A stretch of 47,801 bases of DNA. Origin: a virus. Lineage: Duplodnaviria > Caudoviricetes. The position numbers were made by a program, and so were the translations under genes. The stretch spans positions 1 to 47,801 of IMG/VR virus record IMGVR_UViG_3300020042_006160. One strand, 5' to 3'. The notes under the pieces are model-generated. The model saw only the letters and a list, made by a program, of their open reading frames with translations. It did not search any database and was not told the DNA's origin. This document shows, in pieces, positions 34,901-44,537 of the stretch (positions are counted from its first letter, which is position 1; each line of letters opens with the position of its first letter).

Positions 34901-37900
34901 GCTATGATGCCGAACTTGATTATTACGAGTCGTTAAGCGATGCGCAAAAGCAAGAATTAGTAGATAGCCAAACTCCACCTAAAGAGTTTTACGATGCGCA
35001 CGAAGAAAGCGGAAGCACAGAACAACAAGTAGAAGACTTTGGTGTATCTAAAGAAACCGTAAAGCCTGTTAGTAGTGTTATTAGAAAACTATTTGAAGGC
35101 GTAAAGAAAGCTGGAATAACAACCGCTAAAACAGCAGAAGAATGGGTTAAAATAAAAAAGGGCGAGCCAAGAGACAACGCCTTAAACGACGCATTATCTA
35201 ACAAGGTACTTGAGTTTTCAAGCAAACTGGGATTTGATTTAGGGACTCCTATAAATGAAAATAGCGAGTCATTAAAAAAACGAGTAGATGAAACTTCACA
35301 GCCAGTAGTAGAGGCTGTTAACGGTTTTGCTGTAATAAAGAAAAAATTAGGAGAGGGTGTAGCTAAAGCAATAAGAAGTAAGGCTCCGTTCGCGTTAGAT
35401 TACCCTAATGAATTTATTGAGTTTATAACAGAAAAAGTACCAGTAAAAGAAGATATTAAATCCGTAATTGAGGAATTGGGTCCGAGATTAGAAATTATGT
35501 TTAGGCTTAAATTTGACAAGAGTGTTGAAGCTTCGGATATTATTTCATCAAAAAGCCCTGAAGAATTATCATTAGAAGCAGGGTATGTTTTTCACAGACC
35601 AGAAACTGCGGAAGATGTTAAGTTCTTTAAAAAAGATTTCGCTGCCGGTCAAGTTTTATGTACGTACAATGATGTGAATGGTAGAATAGCTAATAATTTC
35701 ATCTTCTGGATAAGAAGAAATGATGCTGATTCAGTATTACCTGCGAATAAAATAACTAATGAGTATTTAAAAGAAAACTCACAAGGAGCTTCGTTGTGGA
35801 GAGGTTATCTTGAGAGTAAAGGCAAAAAGAATGCTGATGGCTCTTATGATTTAAAAGACATAGCTCCATCAAGACAAGACCCGTATGGCACATCGTCAAT
35901 GAGCGTGCAAATAAATAGAGCGAACGGTTCCATGTCTGTAAAAAACAGATATAATCACGCTGTAAATAATCCTGACGCTACATTTGGAAACGACTTAAAC
36001 AACATTATAGACGGTCTTCACGATTCAGTTTATGGAATAGATGGCGTCCCCGCAAAAAGCAAACAAGAATCAAACATTACCGCTAATATATTATCATTAC
36101 CAGACGGAAGGTTTTTTAAGTTTGACCAAGAAATTGAGAATAGTTATGTAAGCAAGCACGGATACGTAAAAGATGGTCAAATTGTGATTCTTGACAAAAA
36201 CACTCAGCGAATGATTGACGAGTATGTTTTCGATATAAAAACAAAAAAAATAAAGGAGGTTTTAAGTAATGGTGGATTCCCTGCCATTGTTAAAGATTTC
36301 TCTTTTCAAAAAGATAAAATTATAATAAATACAGAGAGAGGTAGTGTCATAATTGATACAGAAGATGGCGTGGCTAAAAAAATTAGCGGGGACATAGATT
36401 ATATTTACTCTGGTTTTTTTCAATACAATAATAGTATTGAAGTTATTGATTTTCCAAACGTAACTACAATACAGACTCATTTTTTTAAGGCGTCTAACGC
36501 GGTCAAAGAATTTAATTTACCTAACGTAAAAGATATAGGAAGTTTTTTTCTATCATCAAACAACACAATAACAACCGTTTCGTTACCGAAAGTAGAAGAA
36601 ATAGCGCAGGTATTTTTAGCATCATTAGATACAGTCACTTCTGTAAATTTACCAAACCTAAAAACGGCTGGATCGTCATTTTTGTATAACGCAAGAATGC
36701 TTGAATCTATTGACTTACCTAATATTTTGGGGTTAGAAGGAAACTTTCTGAATCAAGCCCAAAGTTTGAAATCAATATCCATACCTAACGCTAAATTCTT
36801 AGGCGATTATGTGCTTGAAAATGCTTACGTGTTGGAATCAATTTCAATGCCTAAAGTGGAATCAATAGGTAGAGATGTTCTACTTCGCGCTCAAAATGCT
36901 AAGGAAGTAAATATGCCAGTAGTGAAAGAAGTAGGCGTCCATTTTATGGCAGGAAACAATAGCGCCACTAAAGTTGTCATGCCTAAAAATGCAAAGATTG
37001 GAAGAGACTTTATGCGTAACAATAAGCGAATGAAGAAAAATCTTATTAACCTTATAAGAAATTTCTTCCTATTGAAAGAGGAGAATGGAAAAGTAAAAGC
37101 GCAATACAGAGTAGAGGGCGGAAAAAACATTATCGAAGCCATCGCGGATTTTAGTAAATCAAAACAAGACGGAGAAGCGGCTACAGTACTTGTACACGAA
37201 ATAATGCACCCGTTGGTAGTTGATATATTCAATGGAGCGAAAGAAGGAAACAAGATAGGTTTAAAGCACGCCAATACTATAGTAGAAGAGTTTAACAAGG
37301 CTTACCCTGATAGCAAGGTTACTGTAGAAGAAATGATTTCTGATAATGACGCGTTTAAGAACGAGTCAACAACAGAGAAATACAGAAACGTGCAAGAATT
37401 TATAGCTGAAAGTTGGGAGAAGTACCATTTTGAGGGAGCTAAAGGATTTAGTAAGGCTTTCCAAGATGTATTAGACTCAATAACAGAAGCGTTTAGACAA
37501 GTTTACAAATCACTTAGCGGTAAAAATTTAACGCCAGAGTTAGTATCAATGTTTGACGAATTGTTAGGCAAAGAAGATGGAGGGACGGGTTTTACGGGAC
37601 AGAGAGATGAAGGCCCAAGCGAAGACGAATTAGAGTTCAAACGCGAAGAAGATTTAAAACAAGCCAAATCTGAATTAGCAAAAGCTGAGAAAGAATTTGC
37701 AAAGGCTCAAGCCAAAAGAGATGAAAGCGCGGGTAAAACACAACGAGATATATTTGGAGTATCTGCTGCTGACCAACAACAAATGTTTGGTGATGAACTA
37801 AAAGGACAATCAGAAGAATTTAAGCGTCTTGAACAAAAAGTAAAGGAAGCAAAAGCTAGGGTTGAAAAGTTAGAAGGCGGGGAAGATGCTGCTGCAAATC

Positions 37901-40900
37901 AAGCTAAGTTAGATTTAATAGCAAAACGTATTGACGACAAGCGAATTAATGGAGCTATGTCCGCTATTGATTTTGGATTATCAGTTACAGTATATAACGG
38001 CGCTTTAAAGTTTATGGCTAACCAAGTTCGTAACGGAACTAAATTAGGAAACGCTATTGCTAAAACAATTCAATGGATTGACAACCAAATGGAAGGCAAG
38101 AAGTGGAATAAAGGAGCGTTTGGCAAGTACATGAATGACGAGTACAAGGTTAAACTTGGCGATGGTAAAGTTGTAGATGTAGTTCGTGATGACACTAAGG
38201 AAACCGCGGAAGTCATTAACGGATGGTACCAGCCTATAGAACAAAAAATACTTGACTCTAAACAAGAGTCATTACCAGCAAACAAGTGGGCTGAATTATT
38301 AAAGAGTAAAGAGGATGAAGATTTATACACAGGTGTAAGAGAATTTTTAGAATCGAAAGGCTCGGAAAAAGTAACCAAACAAGAGTTAAAAGACTTTATA
38401 AAAAACAATCGTATTGAGATTGTGGAGGTGGTGAAGGGTGAAACTAAAGACCCGTGGGTAAAAAAAGGCGATTCTTATTTCTCAGCAAATAAAAAGTATG
38501 AAATAAGAGACTTAGGAGACAATGAATACGAGGTAATAAAAGATGGCCGATATAATATTGGTAGTAGAGATGGATTAGATAGTGCCAAACAGTTAGCTGT
38601 AGAAAACGGTTATTCAGAAGAGGAAGATTTTACTACAGACACCAAATTCTCTCAATACCAATTAGAAGGAGAAAAGAGTAACTACAAGGAGGTGTTGATT
38701 ACATTACCAAATAAAGAAACGAGCGAAGGACTACCCGAAGGTTATGAAATATTAAAAAAAGAAGATTATAAAGAATCTTGGGAAGGCACTAAGGACTTTG
38801 TTATTGTAGATATGGATGGCTATTCTGTAATGCAGGGAGATACTAAAGCCGACGCGTTAAATAGTTTTAATAAATTAAGAAAAGGAACTACTCCAGATAA
38901 TAATACTAAATTCAAATCATCTCATTTCACCGAACCCAACATACTTGTTCATTTAAGAATGAATACCCGTACAGACGCGGAAGGTAAAAAAGTATTATTC
39001 TTAGAGGAAGTACAAAGCGATTGGGGGCAGAAAGGTAAGAAGGAAGGGTTTGATGATTTAAACAGAGATAAGTTAGTAAAAAGACAAGAGCAATTAGAAA
39101 AGTCTATCTGGAATCATGTTAAAGAAAATTATTCAGATATATTCAATAATGTAACCTTACAAGAGTTTATTAATTACAAAAACCCTCTTATAGAAACATA
39201 TACAGAATCGGATTCTGTTTTAAATGATTTATGGAACGATTTAAAATCTACCAAAAGCGAAATAGGGAATGTAAAAAGAACTGCACAAGCACCATTCGTA
39301 ACCGACACAAACTCATGGGTAAAACTTGGATTAAAATACGCTCTAAAACAAGCGGTAGAAAGCGGGGCAGATAAACTTGCATGGACTACTGGTGAACAAC
39401 AGAACGCAAGGTATGACCTTTCTCAACAAGTTGATAGAATCGTAAGTGTTACTGACGATAACGGAGTAAACTTTATAGATATTTATTTATCAAAAGGTGG
39501 ACAAGAGAGTTTAGAAGCTGAAAATGGTGTAGTTAGGAACGGCGCACATAAAGGACAAAGATTAGATAGTGTAATAGGAAAAGACTATGCTGACAAAATA
39601 CTTTCGTCTAAACCACGAGAGCATAAGGTTTTAGAGGGTGAAGACCTAAAAGTTGGTGGCAAAGGCATGAAAGGCTTTTACGGTTCACCAACAGAAGGAA
39701 GTTTAGGTATAGTAGGTGGTGTAGCTAAGAGTTTGTTTAAGCAAGAGCCGAAAACCGTGGAGATTAATAAGGGTAAAGGAAGCAATGAAAAAGAACTTAT
39801 TAACGAAATCAATAAAAAAATAATTGAATTTAATAAATTAGAAGGCGTTGATGTTTCAACTAATTCAGAAGGATTCCCTATTTTTAGCTTTAGAAAAGTA
39901 GAGTTTAACGGGAAAGAGTATTACAACGGATCCATTGAAAAAAGAGGCGTTTCTGTTAACGATATGGATGGTAGAGCTAAAGTTTTAGGGAGGGAAATTA
40001 TTGAGAAAACAAATGAGTTAAAAGATATTAAATCAAGTGCAAAAGAGAGTACCCAACACTCCATAGACATAACGCCCGAACTTAAAAAATACGTTAAGGA
40101 AGGAATGCCATTGTTTTCTGACGAAAAAGCTTTATCTAAAAAATCATTCGGGGAAAGAACTGAAGAAATAGGAAAACAACTTGAGAAAGGCGTGGATGAT
40201 TTCTTTAAGCAAAATCCAAGCATGATGTCCTTCCCAGGATTACCACAAGTTATAAAAGCAGCTTTAAAATTAGGAGCAAAAACAGTTATAGCTACAGGCA
40301 AAATTGCTAAAGGCGTGGAGATTGCCATAAAGCATATTAAAGCAGAGTTGAAAGCATTAGCTCAACCTAATATGACTGCATTACACGAAGCCGCTATTAA
40401 GCAATTACTAACCAAACAACTATCTGAAGGCGCTAAGTCTTACGATGATGTTATGCTTGATATTGGTGATGCCAACGCGGCTTACCAAGAAATGATTGAT
40501 ACTGTATTCGGTGAATTAGAAGCTAAGTTTGACGAAGCGAAAAGCCGCGTAGAAGTACAAGAAGCGATATTAGATTTCATAGATGCAAACAAAGATAGAC
40601 TACATGGTTTATCAGAAAAAAGAATTATAAAACTATTATCAGCAGCAGCAAAAGCGGGATTCCAAAGCAACGCAAAACAATTTATTAGAACCGCAAAAGC
40701 GTTAATAGGTAAACAAGAGTTGATTAACAAAATTACCGAAGCAGAAGGTTTACAGTCTGAAGTAGGTAAGAAAACAGGTGTATTTACAAACATAAGAAAA
40801 GACATAAAAGACTTTTTAGATGTAGATGTAGAGCAATTAGCTGAATCTAATGAGAAGTTACTTGATGAGTACTTAGATGCACTAAAAGGATTAGCGCAAC

Positions 40901-43900
40901 GCGGGGTAAAATCCACAGAAAAAGCACAAAACCTATTACCTAAATTAGCGTCATTTAAAAATCAAGCTAAGTTGCGTAGAGTAACAGGAATGAGTGCTGT
41001 AATAGGTCAATATACTACTGTAGATGAGCTAAGACAACACATAAAAGACTTACTTAAAACCAAGTTGACTGACTTAAATGGTTTGAAACAAGTATCGCGT
41101 GAGTTGTCAATTATAGCGACAAGAGCCGCGGAATTATTAGCAGACGCAAACCAAAGGCAAGATATTACAGCTATAAACGAACTTACTAATTTTATTAATG
41201 ATGAATTACCAAGCATGTCTAACGACAATTTAGGTAGTGAAGATTTAAAGAAAGAAGTTCAAAAGCTAAAAGAGGATACGATTATTCAGGCAAAGAAAAC
41301 ACCTATTAAATCAACAGGTTTTGGGTTAAGATATTTCTCTATAAAGGAATTTGATAGTTGGACGGACGCAGATATAATGCGTTTAACCCCTGCTGAAGTT
41401 TTAACTTATGCCAATGTGAGAAATGAAATTGCCGCTGGTTATATACCACCGCAGATGTACGACTTGAATAACAAGATTGCATCTCAAAAGAAAGCCGCGA
41501 TTTTACACAAAGGCATAAGTAAAGCAGCTATAGCATTAAACGGACTAAAACCATTTAGACAAAAGTTGTCCAAAATAATAGCTAATCCTAATAAGTTAAA
41601 CGCAGAAGAGGTAAAAAGAGATTTACTTACTGTAGGTAAACAATATTGGGATAGTGTATTTGGAACTACAGAAAACCAAGAGGTATGGCGCGAGGTTATT
41701 TACGACATACACAAAGGATTTGTAGAGTCTCAAAAACAATCTCACGAAGACATAAAAGGACTGCAAGAGGCGTTGAACGGATTAAAGAAAAAGTACCAAG
41801 TTTGGTTGTCTGATAAAAACTCTACTTCTTACAATAGAAAAATGAGTAAGCTGGGTGTCATAATGGCTCAGTTAGACTTTCAATCAAACTTTACCGGATG
41901 GGATGAGTTGGCTGATAAGGACAAGGATTTATTCAGCAAATTACTAAGCGATCCAACAAAGATAGCGAGTATTGACCCTAAGAAACTAAAATTAGATAAA
42001 GAGGCGTATGCTGAATTATCAAAATCAATGGTTAATGGTGTGTTGGACCCGAATTTAGCAATAGCAAATTTATCACCAGAGGAGCGCAATGTTATTACAG
42101 AGTTTCAGAAGATGTTGGAAAACAACAAAGAGAAGGCTCAAATAATGACTGAAAAGCGCGGAGACCCTTTCAACGAACAAACAAACTATTGGCCAAGACA
42201 CGTATTGTCTGACTACAAAGATACTGAGGAAGCTAATTCAGCTTTATCAATGGCTAATGTACCTACAGGAAATAAAATAGGAACAAGAGCGTCTGCAACT
42301 AAACAAAGAGCAGAATCAGCGACTAATTACTATAACTTTAACCTTGAGCAAGTAGCACGAAAGCACAACAGGCAAGTAAATCAAGATTTCTACTTAACTG
42401 ATGCTATCAAGCGTTCAATGAGCGCAATGTCTAACACAAGTAAGGAGTTTAATAAGGAAGGAAATACCGAAGTTCAAACAGGCGTTTTAGGAATGAAAGG
42501 CGCTGTAGAGGAAGGATTACGTCAAGAATTAGCATCTCAATTCCAATTGGGACAAGCCGATATGGCGTTCATAAACAATATACTAAAAGCGTCGAGGAAT
42601 TTAACCCTATCAAACCCAACGAGAATAGTTACAGAGGGTGTTTCAAATGCTATTCGTAACTTAAACATACCCACATCATTTGCTGGTAAAGAAGCTCCTA
42701 TGTGGGATGCTATTACAAATGAGTTAGGAAGTTCAGTTTTCTTAAAGAATGGTAAATGGGCAATGGAAACCCGTGATATTGGACACTCGAAACTTGCTCA
42801 AATGAACAATACTATGATGCAATTTGCCGATGCTGTAAATGCAAAGCAAATGTGGGTAGACAAGTTTAACGATACTTTTAAGCAAGAAGCCGGGGTAGAT
42901 TTCCAGCCAGCAATGTTTAGCGATCCTAATTATAGAAAAAACTATGAAGATGCAATATCTAAATCAGCAATGGACGCTGAATCAGACGTGAACATGTACT
43001 TTAATGCTCAATCAGGATTTGTAGCTCCATCACATACTAAAATAACACCTTTATCACAACCAATTTCAAGAAATAGTCCAACAGCAAAAGTAATGGGTTA
43101 TATGAACTCATTTGCGGCGAACGAGGCTATGATGTCAAGAATGGCATTAAAGAATATGGCTGAGGGTAATTACGCGAAGGCTACAGGGCAATTAGGAAGG
43201 TTGATAGCTTCCAACTACGCTTTCTCCTTATTAACAATGGCTGCTTCGGGAGCATTAAAAGGAGCGTTTGATGACGAAGAGGATGAGTTTAGCGTAGCTT
43301 GGTATAAGCATATTGGAAAATCAGCTTATGCTCCATTTACAGCAGAAGGTTTTGGAAATTCAATGATGGCTACGATTTTATCTATGGGCTTGGGTAAATA
43401 CTCAAACTTATTCAGATTAGTTTCATCTATAGGCTTAGGTGTTATGACTGAAGCTGATCCTGATAATGAAATGGTAAAATCAGCAAGTGAGTTTGCCAAG
43501 AAGGCAATGTACATAAAACCTATTATACCGTCAAGTAGCAAACAAGACCCGCGAAACCAATTTGACTATGTGTTAGAAAACATTGCACCAGGAGTTGGTA
43601 CGGCTGTATCGGATATAGCTGAAGGAGCAGCGTCTTTAACGAGATTAGGTAGCTCCGCGGTATCCGACGATGACGCAAGATTATCAGACGAATTAATAAT
43701 AGCAAGAACAGGATTATATTTAGGTTCTTATCTAACTGGCGGTATTCCCGCTGTTGCGTGGGTAAATAGAGGTTTAAAAGCAAAAACATCTTCAGCTATT
43801 ACAAGTGAGAGAGACGCGGCTTTTATTAAAAAGAAAGTTCACGAATTAACTCACGATGAAGATGGTGAGGAGAATAATTTTGACGAGGATAAAGCGCGGG

Positions 43901-44025
43901 AAATAGCCGAGAAAGAATTAGAGTTAAACAAGTTCAAAAAGAAACTTCCGCCAAACATGAGTATTGATGATAGAATAGAGGCTATAAAGGAAAAAAAGAA
44001 AGACTTGGGTATCAAAACAAACTAA
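31948..44025 (+). CDS. Giant polyvalent virion (ejected) protein, 4025 aa, with LRR array, HExxH metallopeptidase and EEVQSDW module
   Basis: Single open frame; 22-aa LRRs at ~36380-37020; HEIMH at 37195-37209 with downstream EFIAE; LFLEEVQSDW at ~38995-39024; hydrophobic helices near both ends. Confidence 0.75.
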   Translation: MEIQDNMEIQETEVVGGDKPKVTQETLNDFITTVDSQDKELSNQEWHTKFPEFGGDDKQLQSAKDYYATFYEGNYKSPEEINDKFPEFFGDVNKKKTKLDTQSASSAGKSLSQEDKNILGITDFGVKPRITPRIVPEKTAKEKKDYYLGRQVEAKANMANNKAKLDELQVQLNQAKESNDIDTYNKLLPEYNQSIASFNKNADLVQKVDVFNVKTAIVDEMKRKKEAEKQGSKGGFLWNSLVDGYTSVPDAASRTVLQAINYIMPEASGQDKSLTVAQVNKAVDQMGIKENLDKTLKSKGTTEEYSQKLKEESGTAEVIGGVTGSVFPMMTPAMSGFFVTSFSEGINEIDKAKPDLTLGQKMLYATAKGGIVAAAENLGLSNMVSKKFITQPLIDKVISKVITENVGKKITSNIVLNASAELVKLAAEGYVEEGESGALEYLGNEALKQTADVLSGTDSFVNKSATDLFKGTLKAFHDEGLGGVVMTGALNGKSLIKSVKRQDEANKISERINALQADIDNPQIPENVKAGLKLNQKKLTEDLLEITHDDVVENEKLSDEGKNLVDGVDQSIDANNNIIATEGVSEESKEIAKANVEELNKEREKLISENQLSDEEFDKKLNEKLNPTEAEAPKESTVEKLKNLSSEHAQLFEKFQAKLRDLLNQGLPTKDVRNHPELVAIREEMDVVEKAIDTVGKEKPTEAKETPKQEQVGSNDALTDIESTTEALRYSDDKKFEELTDKFTPDYVLVEDVSRAYHDAKSNGSNPELVKAVEQLLLKEKAAEPIQEVKPIKLEENDNTTTETPSNTPISKGEKKPTVKTVRSGIPKNKRQTKDQRTLDALKVDPSTPHEAVLQALIGGVKLKTEVFQKIFGNKSKLEDGKVADKKASKEASARIGLLNNKEGLGIDDLAHKLWQDQPKGSKSTTEDYVNAIHDVILAHTGTKSMVNHFDQYATEKLEAGERFTAEEKAQANAMGINLDEETDSYDAELDYYESLSDAQKQELVDSQTPPKEFYDAHEESGSTEQQVEDFGVSKETVKPVSSVIRKLFEGVKKAGITTAKTAEEWVKIKKGEPRDNALNDALSNKVLEFSSKLGFDLGTPINENSESLKKRVDETSQPVVEAVNGFAVIKKKLGEGVAKAIRSKAPFALDYPNEFIEFITEKVPVKEDIKSVIEELGPRLEIMFRLKFDKSVEASDIISSKSPEELSLEAGYVFHRPETAEDVKFFKKDFAAGQVLCTYNDVNGRIANNFIFWIRRNDADSVLPANKITNEYLKENSQGASLWRGYLESKGKKNADGSYDLKDIAPSRQDPYGTSSMSVQINRANGSMSVKNRYNHAVNNPDATFGNDLNNIIDGLHDSVYGIDGVPAKSKQESNITANILSLPDGRFFKFDQEIENSYVSKHGYVKDGQIVILDKNTQRMIDEYVFDIKTKKIKEVLSNGGFPAIVKDFSFQKDKIIINTERGSVIIDTEDGVAKKISGDIDYIYSGFFQYNNSIEVIDFPNVTTIQTHFFKASNAVKEFNLPNVKDIGSFFLSSNNTITTVSLPKVEEIAQVFLASLDTVTSVNLPNLKTAGSSFLYNARMLESIDLPNILGLEGNFLNQAQSLKSISIPNAKFLGDYVLENAYVLESISMPKVESIGRDVLLRAQNAKEVNMPVVKEVGVHFMAGNNSATKVVMPKNAKIGRDFMRNNKRMKKNLINLIRNFFLLKEENGKVKAQYRVEGGKNIIEAIADFSKSKQDGEAATVLVHEIMHPLVVDIFNGAKEGNKIGLKHANTIVEEFNKAYPDSKVTVEEMISDNDAFKNESTTEKYRNVQEFIAESWEKYHFEGAKGFSKAFQDVLDSITEAFRQVYKSLSGKNLTPELVSMFDELLGKEDGGTGFTGQRDEGPSEDELEFKREEDLKQAKSELAKAEKEFAKAQAKRDESAGKTQRDIFGVSAADQQQMFGDELKGQSEEFKRLEQKVKEAKARVEKLEGGEDAAANQAKLDLIAKRIDDKRINGAMSAIDFGLSVTVYNGALKFMANQVRNGTKLGNAIAKTIQWIDNQMEGKKWNKGAFGKYMNDEYKVKLGDGKVVDVVRDDTKETAEVINGWYQPIEQKILDSKQESLPANKWAELLKSKEDEDLYTGVREFLESKGSEKVTKQELKDFIKNNRIEIVEVVKGETKDPWVKKGDSYFSANKKYEIRDLGDNEYEVIKDGRYNIGSRDGLDSAKQLAVENGYSEEEDFTTDTKFSQYQLEGEKSNYKEVLITLPNKETSEGLPEGYEILKKEDYKESWEGTKDFVIVDMDGYSVMQGDTKADALNSFNKLRKGTTPDNNTKFKSSHFTEPNILVHLRMNTRTDAEGKKVLFLEEVQSDWGQKGKKEGFDDLNRDKLVKRQEQLEKSIWNHVKENYSDIFNNVTLQEFINYKNPLIETYTESDSVLNDLWNDLKSTKSEIGNVKRTAQAPFVTDTNSWVKLGLKYALKQAVESGADKLAWTTGEQQNARYDLSQQVDRIVSVTDDNGVNFIDIYLSKGGQESLEAENGVVRNGAHKGQRLDSVIGKDYADKILSSKPREHKVLEGEDLKVGGKGMKGFYGSPTEGSLGIVGGVAKSLFKQEPKTVEINKGKGSNEKELINEINKKIIEFNKLEGVDVSTNSEGFPIFSFRKVEFNGKEYYNGSIEKRGVSVNDMDGRAKVLGREIIEKTNELKDIKSSAKESTQHSIDITPELKKYVKEGMPLFSDEKALSKKSFGERTEEIGKQLEKGVDDFFKQNPSMMSFPGLPQVIKAALKLGAKTVIATGKIAKGVEIAIKHIKAELKALAQPNMTALHEAAIKQLLTKQLSEGAKSYDDVMLDIGDANAAYQEMIDTVFGELEAKFDEAKSRVEVQEAILDFIDANKDRLHGLSEKRIIKLLSAAAKAGFQSNAKQFIRTAKALIGKQELINKITEAEGLQSEVGKKTGVFTNIRKDIKDFLDVDVEQLAESNEKLLDEYLDALKGLAQRGVKSTEKAQNLLPKLASFKNQAKLRRVTGMSAVIGQYTTVDELRQHIKDLLKTKLTDLNGLKQVSRELSIIATRAAELLADANQRQDITAINELTNFINDELPSMSNDNLGSEDLKKEVQKLKEDTIIQAKKTPIKSTGFGLRYFSIKEFDSWTDADIMRLTPAEVLTYANVRNEIAAGYIPPQMYDLNNKIASQKKAAILHKGISKAAIALNGLKPFRQKLSKIIANPNKLNAEEVKRDLLTVGKQYWDSVFGTTENQEVWREVIYDIHKGFVESQKQSHEDIKGLQEALNGLKKKYQVWLSDKNSTSYNRKMSKLGVIMAQLDFQSNFTGWDELADKDKDLFSKLLSDPTKIASIDPKKLKLDKEAYAELSKSMVNGVLDPNLAIANLSPEERNVITEFQKMLENNKEKAQIMTEKRGDPFNEQTNYWPRHVLSDYKDTEEANSALSMANVPTGNKIGTRASATKQRAESATNYYNFNLEQVARKHNRQVNQDFYLTDAIKRSMSAMSNTSKEFNKEGNTEVQTGVLGMKGAVEEGLRQELASQFQLGQADMAFINNILKASRNLTLSNPTRIVTEGVSNAIRNLNIPTSFAGKEAPMWDAITNELGSSVFLKNGKWAMETRDIGHSKLAQMNNTMMQFADAVNAKQMWVDKFNDTFKQEAGVDFQPAMFSDPNYRKNYEDAISKSAMDAESDVNMYFNAQSGFVAPSHTKITPLSQPISRNSPTAKVMGYMNSFAANEAMMSRMALKNMAEGNYAKATGQLGRLIASNYAFSLLTMAASGALKGAFDDEEDEFSVAWYKHIGKSAYAPFTAEGFGNSMMATILSMGLGKYSNLFRLVSSIGLGVMTEADPDNEMVKSASEFAKKAMYIKPIIPSSSKQDPRNQFDYVLENIAPGVGTAVSDIAEGAASLTRLGSSAVSDDDARLSDELIIARTGLYLGSYLTGGIPAVAWVNRGLKAKTSSAITSERDAAFIKKKVHELTHDEDGEENNFDEDKAREIAEKELELNKFKKKLPPNMSIDDRIEAIKEKKKDLGIKTN

Positions 44026-44057
44026 AAAAATAATAACTTTACTAAAATTTACAAAAG

Positions 44058-44528
44058 ATGGCATACAATAGCATATATTACGTTCAGACTACAAAACAAA
44101 CGGTTCCAGCATCAGCTTCTGTAACAGGAACAATTGAAACTATAGCTAAAAAAGTTATAGGAACTGGAACATTATTCACTACTCAATTTCAACCATTCGA
44201 TTGGTTGTATGTTGCAGCAAAGTCTGAATTTAGACAAGTTGTTAACATTGTTAGCGATACTGAAATGACATTAGACGCGGCTTTCACTACAGATGTAGCG
44301 GCTACAGGAACACCTTTAATTGTAAAGCGTTTCCAAGCGACTAAGATAGAAGTATTAAATGTTGGCGCGGGAACAGCTACAATAGATGGTCAAAACGTTA
44401 TAACAACACAAAAAGCAGTTACGTTTGAGAAGCAACCTTGGGGTTCATCACGTTCATTAACTGATTTTGTTGACCCTATTTTAGTGGATGCTACAGCATC
44501 AAATTGCGCTATAACAATACAAAAATAA
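44058..44528 (+). CDS. Small virion structural protein
   Basis: VIGTGTLFTTQF...IVSDTEMTLDAAF module typical of tail-associated proteins. Confidence 0.6.
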   Translation: MAYNSIYYVQTTKQTVPASASVTGTIETIAKKVIGTGTLFTTQFQPFDWLYVAAKSEFRQVVNIVSDTEMTLDAAFTTDVAATGTPLIVKRFQATKIEVLNVGAGTATIDGQNVITTQKAVTFEKQPWGSSRSLTDFVDPILVDATASNCAITIQK

Positions 44529-44537
44529 CAATAAGAA

